Below are positions 26,934-35,110 of a stretch of DNA of 39,029 nt, piece by piece (the first letter of the stretch is position 1; each line of letters opens with the position of its first letter). This DNA comes from a virus (taxonomy: Duplodnaviria; Caudoviricetes). The position numbers and the translations under genes were made by a program. A model generated the notes under the pieces. The model worked only from the letters and a program-made list of their open reading frames with translations, searched no databases and had not been told where the DNA came from. The stretch spans positions 1-39,029 of IMG/VR virus record IMGVR_UViG_3300048848_000223; one strand, 5' to 3'.

Positions 26934-27015
26934 CTTTTTACCCTGAAACACCTCGCACTGCGCACGGACCCACTACGCGGTGTCCGGCCGCCGGCCGCCC
27001 TCACTTTCGACCCCC
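26934..27015. other. Predicted cos (packaging) region, copy B
   Basis: Canonical location between HNH and terS; on the - strand GGGGGTCGAAAGT then dyad GGAC-ACCGCGTAGTGG-GTCC; duplicated at 2402-2483. Confidence 0.75.
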
Positions 27016-27387
27016 CGGGGCCTGGGCGGGCCGTCGGCGAGGGCGAGGGGGCTCGGCGGGGTCTGCCGGGCGCCGATCGAGGTTCCAGGCATGGTCGGCG
27101 CCGATCGGCCGGCCCGATGCGGTGATGCCGCGCGTGCCGCGCGCCACCTGGTGGCCGAACTGCTCGATCGTGACCTGCTTGTGGTGCGGGTCGCACAGGT
27201 TGCGGGTGTTGGCGTCGACGTCGTAGCCGCCGAGCGCCAGAGGCCGGATGTGGTCGACCACGTCGGCCGGCCTGGTCAGGCCCTCGGCGAGGCACATCTC
27301 GCACAGGCCATTGGTCCGCTTCAGCCGCCTGAGCCGCTGGGCGACGCCAGCACGGCCGCGGAGCCGCTTATTCGAGGACGACGCCAA
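27001..27387 (-). CDS. HNH endonuclease (HK97 gp74-like terminase cofactor)
   Basis: CEMC...VDHIRPLALGG...NTRNLCDPHH. Confidence 0.93.
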   Translation of the reverse strand: MASSSNKRLRGRAGVAQRLRRLKRTNGLCEMCLAEGLTRPADVVDHIRPLALGGYDVDANTRNLCDPHHKQVTIEQFGHQVARGTRGITASGRPIGADHAWNLDRRPADPAEPPRPRRRPAQAPGGRK

Positions 27388-27601
27388 GGTCGCGCAAGTC
27401 GCCGTCGATAACGGCGATGCGCTGGTCCAGCTCGGCGTTGATAACGGGCCTGATCAGCTCGATCATGACTGGATCGAGGCTGTCGCTTGACCAGCTACCC
27501 ACCGAGATCGAGCCCGTGATCTTCGCGTCCTTGCGCAGAGCCAGCAGGTGCTCACGCTGGCGGACCAGGTTGCTGACGAGGTGGACGTCGGTGATTTTCA
27601 C
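27368..27601 (-). CDS. Hypothetical protein (77 aa)
   Basis: Coupled GTGA overlap with gam. Confidence 0.7.
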   Translation of the reverse strand: MKITDVHLVSNLVRQREHLLALRKDAKITGSISVGSWSSDSLDPVMIELIRPVINAELDQRIAVIDGDLRDLGVVLE

Positions 27602-28125
27602 TGCGCTGACACCTTGGCGTCGGGGCTGTCGATGCGCTTGACGAAGAAGGCGTCCTCGCCGCCGGCGATGCGGAAGCCGAGGGCGCTCAGGGCGTTGCCC
27701 ACCGCCGACTTGCCGCGCAACAGGCCGGCGATCGCCGTCTTGTTCAGCACGCGCTTCGTCTCGGTGACCTTCGACTTAAACGGTTGGTCGGCCAAGGTGG
27801 CAAGAGCGAGCTTGTCGTCGCCGAGAGCGAACTCGACCTTCTCGGCCGAGGAACGCGTACCGATGCTGCAGCCGCCGAACTCGATCGACTTGCGCTTGCC
27901 CTTCAGCAGCGCCGGCGACGCCTTCTTCCACCATGGCTCGAGCGCCTGGCGGATGGCCTCGGCTTCTTCCACGAGTGGAGCCACCTTCATGTCGACGTCA
28001 GCGCCGATCGCCGCGAGGCGCTCCTGCCGATCGGCCTCATGCATGGCGACGTCGGCGCCGATCGCGGCGAACCGCTTCGCCAGCTCGAGCGCCTGATCGT
28101 TGGTGCGGGGGATGGCGACCTTCAT
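27598..28125 (-). CDS. gam: Mu Gam-like host-nuclease inhibitor (DNA end-binding)
   Basis: N-terminal coiled coil, then KRKSIEFGGCSIGTR and LNKTAI, typical of the Mu Gam family. Confidence 0.8.
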   Translation of the reverse strand: MKVAIPRTNDQALELAKRFAAIGADVAMHEADRQERLAAIGADVDMKVAPLVEEAEAIRQALEPWWKKASPALLKGKRKSIEFGGCSIGTRSSAEKVEFALGDDKLALATLADQPFKSKVTETKRVLNKTAIAGLLRGKSAVGNALSALGFRIAGGEDAFFVKRIDSPDAKVSAQ

Positions 28126-28304
28126 CGAGCGATCTCCTGGCAGAGGAAGCCGATCGCGGTGCTGGCGCGCAGCTGCGCCGCGGCCGCCTCACCTGCGCGA
28201 AGCCGTATTGCGATGGTGCGGATCATGCTGACGGGCATGGCGACGAGCGCGTCGTCCGCGTGGCCGGCTTTCGCCTGGGCCTCGAGCTGCTCGATGACGC
28301 TCAT
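28122..28304 (-). CDS. Hypothetical protein (60 aa)
   Basis: ATG start MSVIEQLE; coupled overlaps on both sides. Confidence 0.6.
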   Translation of the reverse strand: MSVIEQLEAQAKAGHADDALVAMPVSMIRTIAIRLRAGEAAAAQLRASTAIGFLCQEIAR

Positions 28305-28558
28305 CAGAACAGCGCCGAATGGCCGTCGGCGCTGACGCGCAGCGGCGCCGCGCTCGGCCGGCGCGCGCTGGGCCCGCGAAACGATGCGACCAGTTCGTCG
28401 GCGAACGCCTGCGCGTCGCCCTCGAGCTGATGCAGCTCGCGTTCGGATCGGGTGCCCAGCGACGCGCGACGCACCAGATCGTCCCATCGGGGGGTGAGAC
28501 GGTTCAGCTGGTCGATTGGCGCCGCGCGCCGCTGGGTCGCCGCCGGCATGGAGCTCAC
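28304..28558 (-). CDS. Hypothetical protein (84 aa)
   Basis: Coupled overlaps; GGAG SD. Confidence 0.6.
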   Translation of the reverse strand: MSSMPAATQRRAAPIDQLNRLTPRWDDLVRRASLGTRSERELHQLEGDAQAFADELVASFRGPSARRPSAAPLRVSADGHSALF

Positions 28559-28800
28559 AGGCTCCCTGCGCGGCCGAGCTGGCAGCGTCGGCGTAGCCGA
28601 CGGGCTAGCTTGGAAGGGCCGCGATCGCGGCGGCGAAGGGCGAGGGCTTCACGTCGCAGCGGCAGCTGCTCAGCCGTCAGCCGCACGATCGTCTTCCGAC
28701 GATACTGGCTGAGGATCTTGGCCGTAACGGTGAATTCATCGGCCGCCGGGGCGGCCGCTGCGGCCGTCAACGCGCTGACGATGGGCATGATACTCTGCAT
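28555..28800 (-). CDS. Hypothetical basic protein, probable first gene of the late operon
   Basis: ATG MQSIMPIV after GGGGG; GTGA overlap downstream. Confidence 0.5.
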   Translation of the reverse strand: MQSIMPIVSALTAAAAAPAADEFTVTAKILSQYRRKTIVRLTAEQLPLRREALALRRRDRGPSKLARRLRRRCQLGRAGSL

Positions 28801-28821
28801 GTCGAAACCCCCGAAACGACA

Positions 28822-28855
28822 GCGCCCGCTCGCCCCGGGGTGGGGCAGCGGGCGC
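28822..28855 (-). promoter_or_regulatory. Strong leader hairpin upstream of the late operon
   Basis: GCGCCCGCT/AGCGGGCGC plus GCCCC/GGGGC stem in the intergenic gap. Confidence 0.55.
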
Positions 28856-28936
28856 AACTGTGGCGGGGTCGATTTGCCGTTTACGTGACCGTTTTTCGGC
28901 CTGCTCACTCGCGCAGTGCGCGAAAGCGCAGTGGTG

Positions 28937-29599
28937 TCAGTGGCGTCGCCAGCGATCCAACGCGAGCACCAGGATCGATCGCGCGCGTCGGTTCGACATG
29001 CGCCAGCGACGTGCCGCGGCCGTCAGCGGCACGTCGTCGACGATGATCGCGAGGAGCATGTCGGCATGGGGCGCGACGTCGGCGCGCCACCGCGTATAGC
29101 CCAGCTCGAGGAGCACGCGGCCGATCGGCGCGGCCGAGGCGGCGTTCGGTCCGCCGCCGGTGCTGCGTTCTAGCTTGGCGGTGCGTACCGCCACCTCGGC
29201 CGTGATCACGTCATAGGCGGTTGCGATATCCTGCGCCGCCGCGAGCTGGTGCGCATCGAGCGCGCCTGTCTGCACCAGGCGGGCCAATGCCCCTTCACGG
29301 CTGGCGACTGCCACCGCATACTCGTTTGTCTCAGGCGTCCCGGCGATCCCGCGCCATGCCTCGCGGAGTGCCACTCGTTCCTCAATCCCCGGCGCGAGCT
29401 GGGCGCCCGCCAGCCGCAGCTTCTCCTTGGTGACCTTCCACTCGACCTTGGCGATACCCTTCGGCTTCGCCGGCATCTTCGGGGTCGGGCGCGGCTCATC
29501 AAGCACCAGGTGCGCTACGCGCTGCCGTTCGTGCACGGTCGAGGTGAAGGGCCCGGGGCCGCTGGACCGGTTAAGCGGCTCGTGATGCGTCGACGTCAT
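28937..29599 (-). CDS. Putative late-gene activator/antiterminator (Q-position, C-terminal HTH)
   Basis: ALARLVQTGALDAHQLAAAQDI motif; C-terminal LTAAARRWRMSNRRARSILVLALDRW HTH; sits just upstream of the late operon. Confidence 0.6.
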   Translation of the reverse strand: MTSTHHEPLNRSSGPGPFTSTVHERQRVAHLVLDEPRPTPKMPAKPKGIAKVEWKVTKEKLRLAGAQLAPGIEERVALREAWRGIAGTPETNEYAVAVASREGALARLVQTGALDAHQLAAAQDIATAYDVITAEVAVRTAKLERSTGGGPNAASAAPIGRVLLELGYTRWRADVAPHADMLLAIIVDDVPLTAAARRWRMSNRRARSILVLALDRWRRH

Positions 29600-30002
29600 G
29601 CTCGGGCTTATGCTCGAGGACTGCGACGATCGGCAGCTGCGCTTGCGCGCAGTGCCCGATGAGTTCGCCAAGCGGCGCTGCGGCCATGCCCCCTATGCGG
29701 CGGAACGCTTCGACCACGATCTCCCGCGCGTGGGTGACGTCACGAATGACTAGGTTGCGCTGCAGCCCAGGCGTCCGCCCGACGATCCCGATCTTTACGA
29801 GCTGGTCGACAAGCTGGCGGGCCCGCGTTTCGCTGACACCTACGGCGATCCCCATCTCCTTGTAGCTGGGGCATCCGCGAGCGCGGGCGAGCTGCTCCAC
29901 GAGGAAGGCGAGCAGCTCGTCGCGGCGTAGTGGCGCAGGCGCCTCGGTGCCGCGGCTGAGCCCGGCGCGCGCTGCTGACGAAGACGCGGTGGTAGCGGCC
30001 AT
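29571..30002 (-). CDS. LexA-type winged-HTH DNA-binding protein without peptidase domain
   Basis: CPSYKEMGIAVGVSETRARQLVDQLVKIGIVGRTPGLQRNL. Confidence 0.8.
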   Translation of the reverse strand: MAATTASSSAARAGLSRGTEAPAPLRRDELLAFLVEQLARARGCPSYKEMGIAVGVSETRARQLVDQLVKIGIVGRTPGLQRNLVIRDVTHAREIVVEAFRRIGGMAAAPLGELIGHCAQAQLPIVAVLEHKPEHDVDASRAA

Positions 30003-30019
30003 GTTCCCCCCCGAAGCCG

Positions 30020-30034
30020 GAACATAGGGGGAAA
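30020..30034 (-). promoter_or_regulatory. SOS (LexA) box, one mismatch
   Basis: TTTC-CCCCTAT-GTTC, 17 nt upstream of the ATG at 30002. Confidence 0.65.
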
Positions 30035-30065
30035 CGGTTTGCCGCGCCAGCTAACCGGCTTGTCG

Positions 30066-30581
30066 TCACTGCCTGTCCAGCGGGACGGGCCAGCCACGAT
30101 CGACCAGGCGGCTGACGATCCAGCGCAGGGCCACCTCCCCACCACGGAACGGCCCGTCCTTTCCTTCGCTCATGACCTGCTGCCAATAGGTGGTCAGCAG
30201 CTGCTGATCCCCGACGAACGGGTGGATTACGCGAAGCGCCAGCCGGATCGCTGCCGCCGGCATGACGCTGTCACGTGGCGCTGCCTCCTTCAGGACCTCA
30301 AGCGCCAGCTGGAGCCGTCGCGCGTCAGCACGCCGGGCACGCAGCTCCGGATTGTTCTCGCCGAACGGCACGCCGTCCACGCGCACCGCTCGACTGCGGC
30401 AAACGGGGCACGGCTGGTCCTGCTGGACGGTGCGCCAATCGCTCGAAGCACGCCGGGCGGATCGTGCCCGGATCAGTTCGGCGAGGTCCAGCATCGTCAC
30501 CGCCTTGCAGGACCGACAGGTGATCCGGATCGCGCCGTCTACCTTCTGCAGATCCTCGAGTCTTTTTGGCGGGCCGACCAT
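30066..30581 (-). CDS. SOS-regulated Zn-ribbon protein (antirepressor candidate)
   Basis: CRSC...CPVC; ATG MVGPPKR; perfect SOS box upstream. Confidence 0.75.
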   Translation of the reverse strand: MVGPPKRLEDLQKVDGAIRITCRSCKAVTMLDLAELIRARSARRASSDWRTVQQDQPCPVCRSRAVRVDGVPFGENNPELRARRADARRLQLALEVLKEAAPRDSVMPAAAIRLALRVIHPFVGDQQLLTTYWQQVMSEGKDGPFRGGEVALRWIVSRLVDRGWPVPLDRQ

Positions 30582-30598
30582 TCCGCCGTCGTAGTCCG

Positions 30599-30613
30599 GA
30601 ACATACAAAGAAC
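30599..30613 (-). promoter_or_regulatory. SOS (LexA) box, perfect alphaproteobacterial consensus
   Basis: GTTC-TTTGTAT-GTTC, 17 nt upstream of the ATG at 30581. Confidence 0.85.
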
Positions 30614-30644
30614 GCTAGGGCGTGCGGCAGAAGCCGTGTCTACT

Positions 30645-30908
30645 TCAGCGATCTCCATCGCTGGGCATTTCGTCAATCCTGTCATAGCGGCGAAGGTGTT
30701 CCAATTCCCGCCGCAAAACCGGGCGTCTGAACGGCCAGGAGACGATCATAAATGTGCTCCACAAGATTAGGGCCGGAGGGATAAGCCAGATAAAGCCAGC
30801 TTTCCCCTCAAACGCGAAATCTGGGTTTGATGCTTGGAACCAGACCAAGAGAGCGAGAGCTACGCCGCTGCCTGCAATGATCTGAACGTGTAACCATGGA
30901 AAGCGCAT
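30645..30908 (-). CDS. Small two-TM membrane protein (moron)
   Basis: Two hydrophobic helices; lower GC; start uncertain. Confidence 0.55.
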   Translation of the reverse strand: MRFPWLHVQIIAGSGVALALLVWFQASNPDFAFEGKAGFIWLIPPALILWSTFMIVSWPFRRPVLRRELEHLRRYDRIDEMPSDGDR

Positions 30909-31125
30909 CGCCGCCTCAACAGCACTGCGACGCTTTTGCATGCCGTAACTTGGCTCACCGGACACGAGACTCGCACTCCAAGAACGCGAGCAGGACAATA
31001 GCAGGCGCTGCGCCGTTCCGAAACTGATGATGGCGGAGATACCCTCCGCCGCGGTGGCTGCAATGCCGCAGAAATGCGCGCTGTCACGACGGGGCTCGGT
31101 CGAAAGATACCCCGTCGATACCCTC

Positions 31126-32346
31126 TCAAGGTAGGGGCTTGGGGTTTGTGCCATCTAAAGCGGACCTGAGATTTTCAAGTTCCACCTTCAGAGCATAACG
31201 ATCTTCTTCAAGTTTTCTTCTACGCGATCTCGTTAGTTCTGCCATACTTAGGTGATGTGCTCTATTAGCTAAGTCTTCTTCAGAGGAATTTAGATAATTG
31301 TGTTCATCTTTATAGAGACTCTCTATATTCTCTTCGATACCAAATAATTGCGAGTACTTAGCGGATATGACCCATGATGGACGGTCCTCAATTCTGCTGG
31401 AAGCGCCATCGTTGATTTCATCAAGTGTCAGAGATCGCACCTCTGCGGTTTTAACATCCGCAACAACCTCTTCGGACACCGAAAATGCAGACAGCGCCTT
31501 TGAAAGCGGTGCTAACCTAAGCGTTTTGCCGCCAGTGATTCGTCTATATTCGTCGATAAGCTCCGGGCGCGGCTGAAAAGCGCCGTCGTCACGCACCCAC
31601 CAGTCGGCCTTTTCCTCCATGGTAACGAATAGACAATGGCATCCCCTACGCGACCCTTCCGCTAATATGGTCTTCCAAATTAGGTAATCACCAATCCCAA
31701 AGTCGGTCTTGCCGCCATCCTTGAAACCCGGTGGAATCCTAAGTTCGTACCGCTTAGACAATTCAGCAATTAACTCTTTTCTTCTATCTTCCGAATAGTT
31801 TTCATCGAAAATCGAGTTAGCAAAAACATCTCTATACAATACGGAGAGGCGATCTGAGCTTACGTTTTCACGCAGCCTATCGATCTCCGTCTCGAGACTT
31901 ATCGCAACCTTATTAGCAGACTTTTGCACCTCAGTTGCTTGATCCTTCACTTTCAAAAACGTCTCGTCACTATCCAAGAAAGGAACGGGTTCGATGTGCA
32001 AATTTCGCAGGCGCTTGATTGCGCCCCTTAGCTTAGAAGCGACACTTGCGAGTTTTTGTGGTCGATGAAGAAGAAACTCTCTGACAGATTGACCAGGAAC
32101 AACCAGCCGACCCGATTCCGCGAGTTGCCGATATATTCGCTCAATTTCAGAGACGGCTTCCTTTGATCCAAACTCATATGGCTGAAGAAGCACGTTCGCA
32201 TCGAGAACGACCATGCACTGATCTTTGATCGCGGAAAGCGGTTGATGGTCGAACGAGACTAGTCCCAAAGCATCTGGGAAAACCGCGTGATGCCAAAAAG
32301 GGTCGTTGGGCAGGTCCTTCCCAATAGAGTACTTGTTATCACCCAC
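31126..32346 (-). CDS. PIN-like domain protein (DUF4935-like), candidate defence ribonuclease
   Basis: VVLDANVLL, EF, IPPGFKD, GDYLIW and EEKADWW motifs; AAGGAG SD before GTG; markedly AT-rich. Confidence 0.85.
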   Translation of the reverse strand: MGDNKYSIGKDLPNDPFWHHAVFPDALGLVSFDHQPLSAIKDQCMVVLDANVLLQPYEFGSKEAVSEIERIYRQLAESGRLVVPGQSVREFLLHRPQKLASVASKLRGAIKRLRNLHIEPVPFLDSDETFLKVKDQATEVQKSANKVAISLETEIDRLRENVSSDRLSVLYRDVFANSIFDENYSEDRRKELIAELSKRYELRIPPGFKDGGKTDFGIGDYLIWKTILAEGSRRGCHCLFVTMEEKADWWVRDDGAFQPRPELIDEYRRITGGKTLRLAPLSKALSAFSVSEEVVADVKTAEVRSLTLDEINDGASSRIEDRPSWVISAKYSQLFGIEENIESLYKDEHNYLNSSEEDLANRAHHLSMAELTRSRRRKLEEDRYALKVELENLRSALDGTNPKPLP

Positions 32347-32764
32347 GACGGTTGATCTCCTTGGAACTCCATCTCGCGGCCAAACCAGCCCCGACAATCG
32401 CGGTGCCCAGATCGCCTGCCGCTCCGGCACATTCCGCGAGCATCCAACGATAAGTGCACGGCCCGCGCGACCGGCACGCCCGAGTTGGCCCGCCCACCAG
32501 CACATGCCCCTCGTGCGATGTACCGACTGTTTTGCCGAGCAACCGCAACAGCGCGTCGCGCGCCGCAATCCCGCTCGCTTCGGGGCACGGGTGCCCGCGC
32601 GGGCAACTGCCGTCGAACTCACGCGCGGCGATCTCGGCCAGCCGGATCCGCCGCCTCTCAGCGCAATAGATAGGCCCGTCCCCGTCCCACACGCGCACCG
32701 GCGTACAGGCGAATACCAGGCCGGCCGGCGGCACGATCGTCGCAGCGGCTAAGGCGAGCGGCAT
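32339..32764 (-). CDS. Thermonuclease (SNase)-like protein with signal-like N-terminus
   Basis: VRVWDGDGP, IRLAEIAARE and DLGTAIVGAGLAARW motifs. Confidence 0.7.
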   Translation of the reverse strand: MPLALAAATIVPPAGLVFACTPVRVWDGDGPIYCAERRRIRLAEIAAREFDGSCPRGHPCPEASGIAARDALLRLLGKTVGTSHEGHVLVGGPTRACRSRGPCTYRWMLAECAGAAGDLGTAIVGAGLAARWSSKEINRRG

Positions 32765-33444
32765 CACAGCGGTGGAAGCGCCATCTTCTTGATAGGGCAA
32801 TGACGAGAGACCCGGCTCCAAGCTCGCTGCGTTCCGCGCACTTCCACGGGAACAGTCCGCGGGCTCCCCGCCAGATGCGCGGTGACTGTCACTAGCTCGG
32901 CCTGGCCGATGGCAGAAACGATCTTCAAGGATGTCTCGGGGCTTGCGCGAAGGCCATCCTCGACGGGATCTTCCGACTTCTCGAACACGTACCGTTCATC
33001 GGTCGGCTCGGTCGTGGACTCGGTCGCTGGGCTGATTGTCAGGACGGTCTGATCGGGAAACGGAACCTGCGTCCAGCTCACAAAGAATGTAGGACGATTG
33101 TTCGAGCACCGCATGGTCAGCGTGACATATTCAAGGTCGCGCTTCGGGAAGTACATCTGGAAGGCGTAAACCTTCCGTTCTCCAGTGTTGTTGTCGGTGT
33201 CATCGCTGATGTGCCAGTCACCTTCTTGCGATCGATCGGCAGCTTCGGAGCGAGCCGCTGCCGTCCCTGCTGCCGAGGCAGTCGCAGGAACGCATACCAA
33301 CACTGCGCAAGTTATTGAGAAACGCCAGCCTAGCTTCCTTATCCCAATTAGCCGTGGGAGCAGGATGTTGAGCAAAGCATTGTATCGATCGACCGCAGCT
33401 TGCAGCCAAGGATGCAGGCCGTGCGAGTTGGTGTGCGCGATCAC
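32764..33444 (-). CDS. Exported hypothetical protein
   Basis: Signal-like segment followed by WHISDDTD...LTMRC; coupled to cI (GTGA) and the nuclease gene (TGATG); start uncertain. Confidence 0.65.
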   Translation of the reverse strand: MIAHTNSHGLHPWLQAAVDRYNALLNILLPRLIGIRKLGWRFSITCAVLVCVPATASAAGTAAARSEAADRSQEGDWHISDDTDNNTGERKVYAFQMYFPKRDLEYVTLTMRCSNNRPTFFVSWTQVPFPDQTVLTISPATESTTEPTDERYVFEKSEDPVEDGLRASPETSLKIVSAIGQAELVTVTAHLAGSPRTVPVEVRGTQRAWSRVSRHCPIKKMALPPL

Positions 33445-33920
33445 GATTGCGGTTCGGGAACAGGAGTGGCGGGAGCTACGGGCACATCTGGCGCCGGCGC
33501 AATCACCACCGGCGAATCCGGAAGAAGATCTCGAAGTTGCGACAGCGCAATCGGGAGCCGGCGCGCGAGTAATAGAGCGCGCTCGTCTTCAGATGCGTCG
33601 TCCGGCATCATCCGGAGCAGGGCCACGAACATTTGCGCCAACGCGCGCTCGGGAGGGAGGGCGACCTGCATCGTGACGAACTGGACCGTCGGCGCTGGTG
33701 GCGGCGGTGGCGCATTCGCGTCGGCGTCGTCCGTCTCGCCCGTCAGGTACGCCGGCGTCGTCTGCAGCTCACGGGCAATTTTGTGAAGGTGGCTGGAAGA
33801 CCGAGAGCGCCCGCTAATGAGACCAGCGATCGTTCCTTGCGTGATGCCGACGCGCCGCGCGAGCTCCGATTGGCTCACGCCTGTCGCGGCAATCCGCTCC
33901 CTCAATCGCGCGCTCAACAT
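33441..33920 (-). CDS. cI: CI-like XRE repressor lacking an S24 autopeptidase
   Basis: SQSELARRVGITQGTIAGLISG HTH; divergent from cro. Confidence 0.85.
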   Translation of the reverse strand: MLSARLRERIAATGVSQSELARRVGITQGTIAGLISGRSRSSSHLHKIARELQTTPAYLTGETDDADANAPPPPPAPTVQFVTMQVALPPERALAQMFVALLRMMPDDASEDERALLLARRLPIALSQLRDLLPDSPVVIAPAPDVPVAPATPVPEPQS

Positions 33921-33931
33921 CCCGGCCGAAT

Positions 33932-33996
33932 TTAACGGCGTACCAATAGCGGCACAGCCGAATATTCCATTGACCAAACTAAAGGAACTCCAATAG
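33932..33996. promoter_or_regulatory. cI/cro switch: two 18-bp operator-like sites and divergent promoters
   Basis: TTAACGGCGTACCAATAG (33932-33949) and CTAAAGGAACTCCAATAG (33979-33996); TTGACC -35 at 33970. Confidence 0.65.
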
Positions 33997-34004
33997 ATGG
34001 GCTC

Positions 34005-34265
34005 ATGGGTATTGAGTCGCGCCTCGAATCACCGCTTGCCGAAGCCGTACGCAAAGTCGGCTCGCAATCAGCGTTTGGCCGGCTCGTAGGTAAGAGCCAG
34101 ACTTCCGTCTTCGAAGCGCTTCGCGACGATCGCCCTCTTTGGGCGGAGTCGGTGCTCGCCGTTGAAGAGGCGACCGGCATCAGCCGCCACCGCCTCCGCC
34201 CCGACGTGTACGGACCCGAGCCGATCAGCAACGCCGATTTGCCAGCCGAAGGCGCAGCAGCATGA
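34005..34265 (+). CDS. cro: Cro-like (YdaS family) regulator
   Basis: GSQSAFGRLVG...EEATGISRHRLRPDVYG. Confidence 0.9.
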   Translation: MGIESRLESPLAEAVRKVGSQSAFGRLVGKSQTSVFEALRDDRPLWAESVLAVEEATGISRHRLRPDVYGPEPISNADLPAEGAAA

Positions 34266-34501
34266 GCGGCGAGGGCGTCATAGCATCCGATCCAGAGATC
34301 CCTTTCGGCCGCTGGCATGCCGGCCGGAACCCGCGTGGGCCCACCCAGCCGCACGAGGCGCGGGAAGTTCGTCTGCCATATCTGGAAGTGCTCCCTGGGG
34401 AAGGCGGCGTCGGTGACCGAGCATCGCCGGCGTCGTCTTCTCCCCCGGTGAGCGGGGCAAGTCTCCACCAATCAAATGACCGTTTTCGGGTGCAGGGCTG
34501 A
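34262..34501 (+). CDS. Hypothetical protein (79 aa)
   Basis: Coupled overlaps with both neighbours; low-complexity sequence. Confidence 0.35.
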   Translation: MSGEGVIASDPEIPFGRWHAGRNPRGPTQPHEAREVRLPYLEVLPGEGGVGDRASPASSSPPVSGASLHQSNDRFRVQG

Positions 34502-34992
34502 TGACGAAGCTCCGCGCTCCGATGTCGATCGACGCCGCACTGGCGAGAATCGCAGGCCACCTTCCGGGCGCCTGGTGCGAGATGGCCGCTGTCGCCGGCC
34601 GCACCGAACATACGGTGCGCGCCTGGGGTGATCCGGCGAAGGCTGACGCGATCCCGCTGCCCTGCGGCGTGGCCCTGGATGTCGCTTACCGAAAGGCCGG
34701 CGGGGTCGGCGCCCCTATCCGCGACGCCTACGAGACCCTGCTCGACGCAGCGATGGCCGAAGAGTTCGGCGACCAGATCGAGCTGGCCTACGCAACCGCG
34801 AACGCGATCAAGGAAGTCGGCCAGGCCGAGCATGCGCTCATCCTCGCCTCTCTGCCCGGCGCCACCGACGAGACGATCGCGGCGGCCGAGCGCGAGGCCC
34901 AGGAGGGTCTCGTAGCGCTGAATACGGCAGCGGCGACAGTGAAGCGCCTCCGCCGTCGTCGGCGGGCGAAGCCACCGGCTGCGCCGCCCTAA
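34501..34992 (+). CDS. CII-like regulatory protein
   Basis: Position after cro; GRTEHTVRAWGDP HTH-like segment and helical KEVGQA C-terminus. Confidence 0.65.
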   Translation: MTKLRAPMSIDAALARIAGHLPGAWCEMAAVAGRTEHTVRAWGDPAKADAIPLPCGVALDVAYRKAGGVGAPIRDAYETLLDAAMAEEFGDQIELAYATANAIKEVGQAEHALILASLPGATDETIAAAEREAQEGLVALNTAAATVKRLRRRRRAKPPAAPP

Positions 34993-35110
34993 GACATAGC
35001 GGGCCGCCTCGGCCGCCGCGCCCGTCACCGCCGAGACTTCCTCAATCCGCACCTGCCGCCCGCGTCGCCCTGCGCTTCGCGGAGCGGCTTCGTGCTGCCT
35101 GGACGCCGCC

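Noticed and set aside
32427-32441. SOS-box-like GCAC-N7-GAGC upstream of the PIN gene
   Set aside because: Mismatches in both half-sites and located inside a coding sequence
33932-33993. CtrA-like TTAA-N7-CCAA and CTAA-N7-CCAA in the switch
   Set aside because: Second half-sites deviate from TTAA; better explained as phage operators
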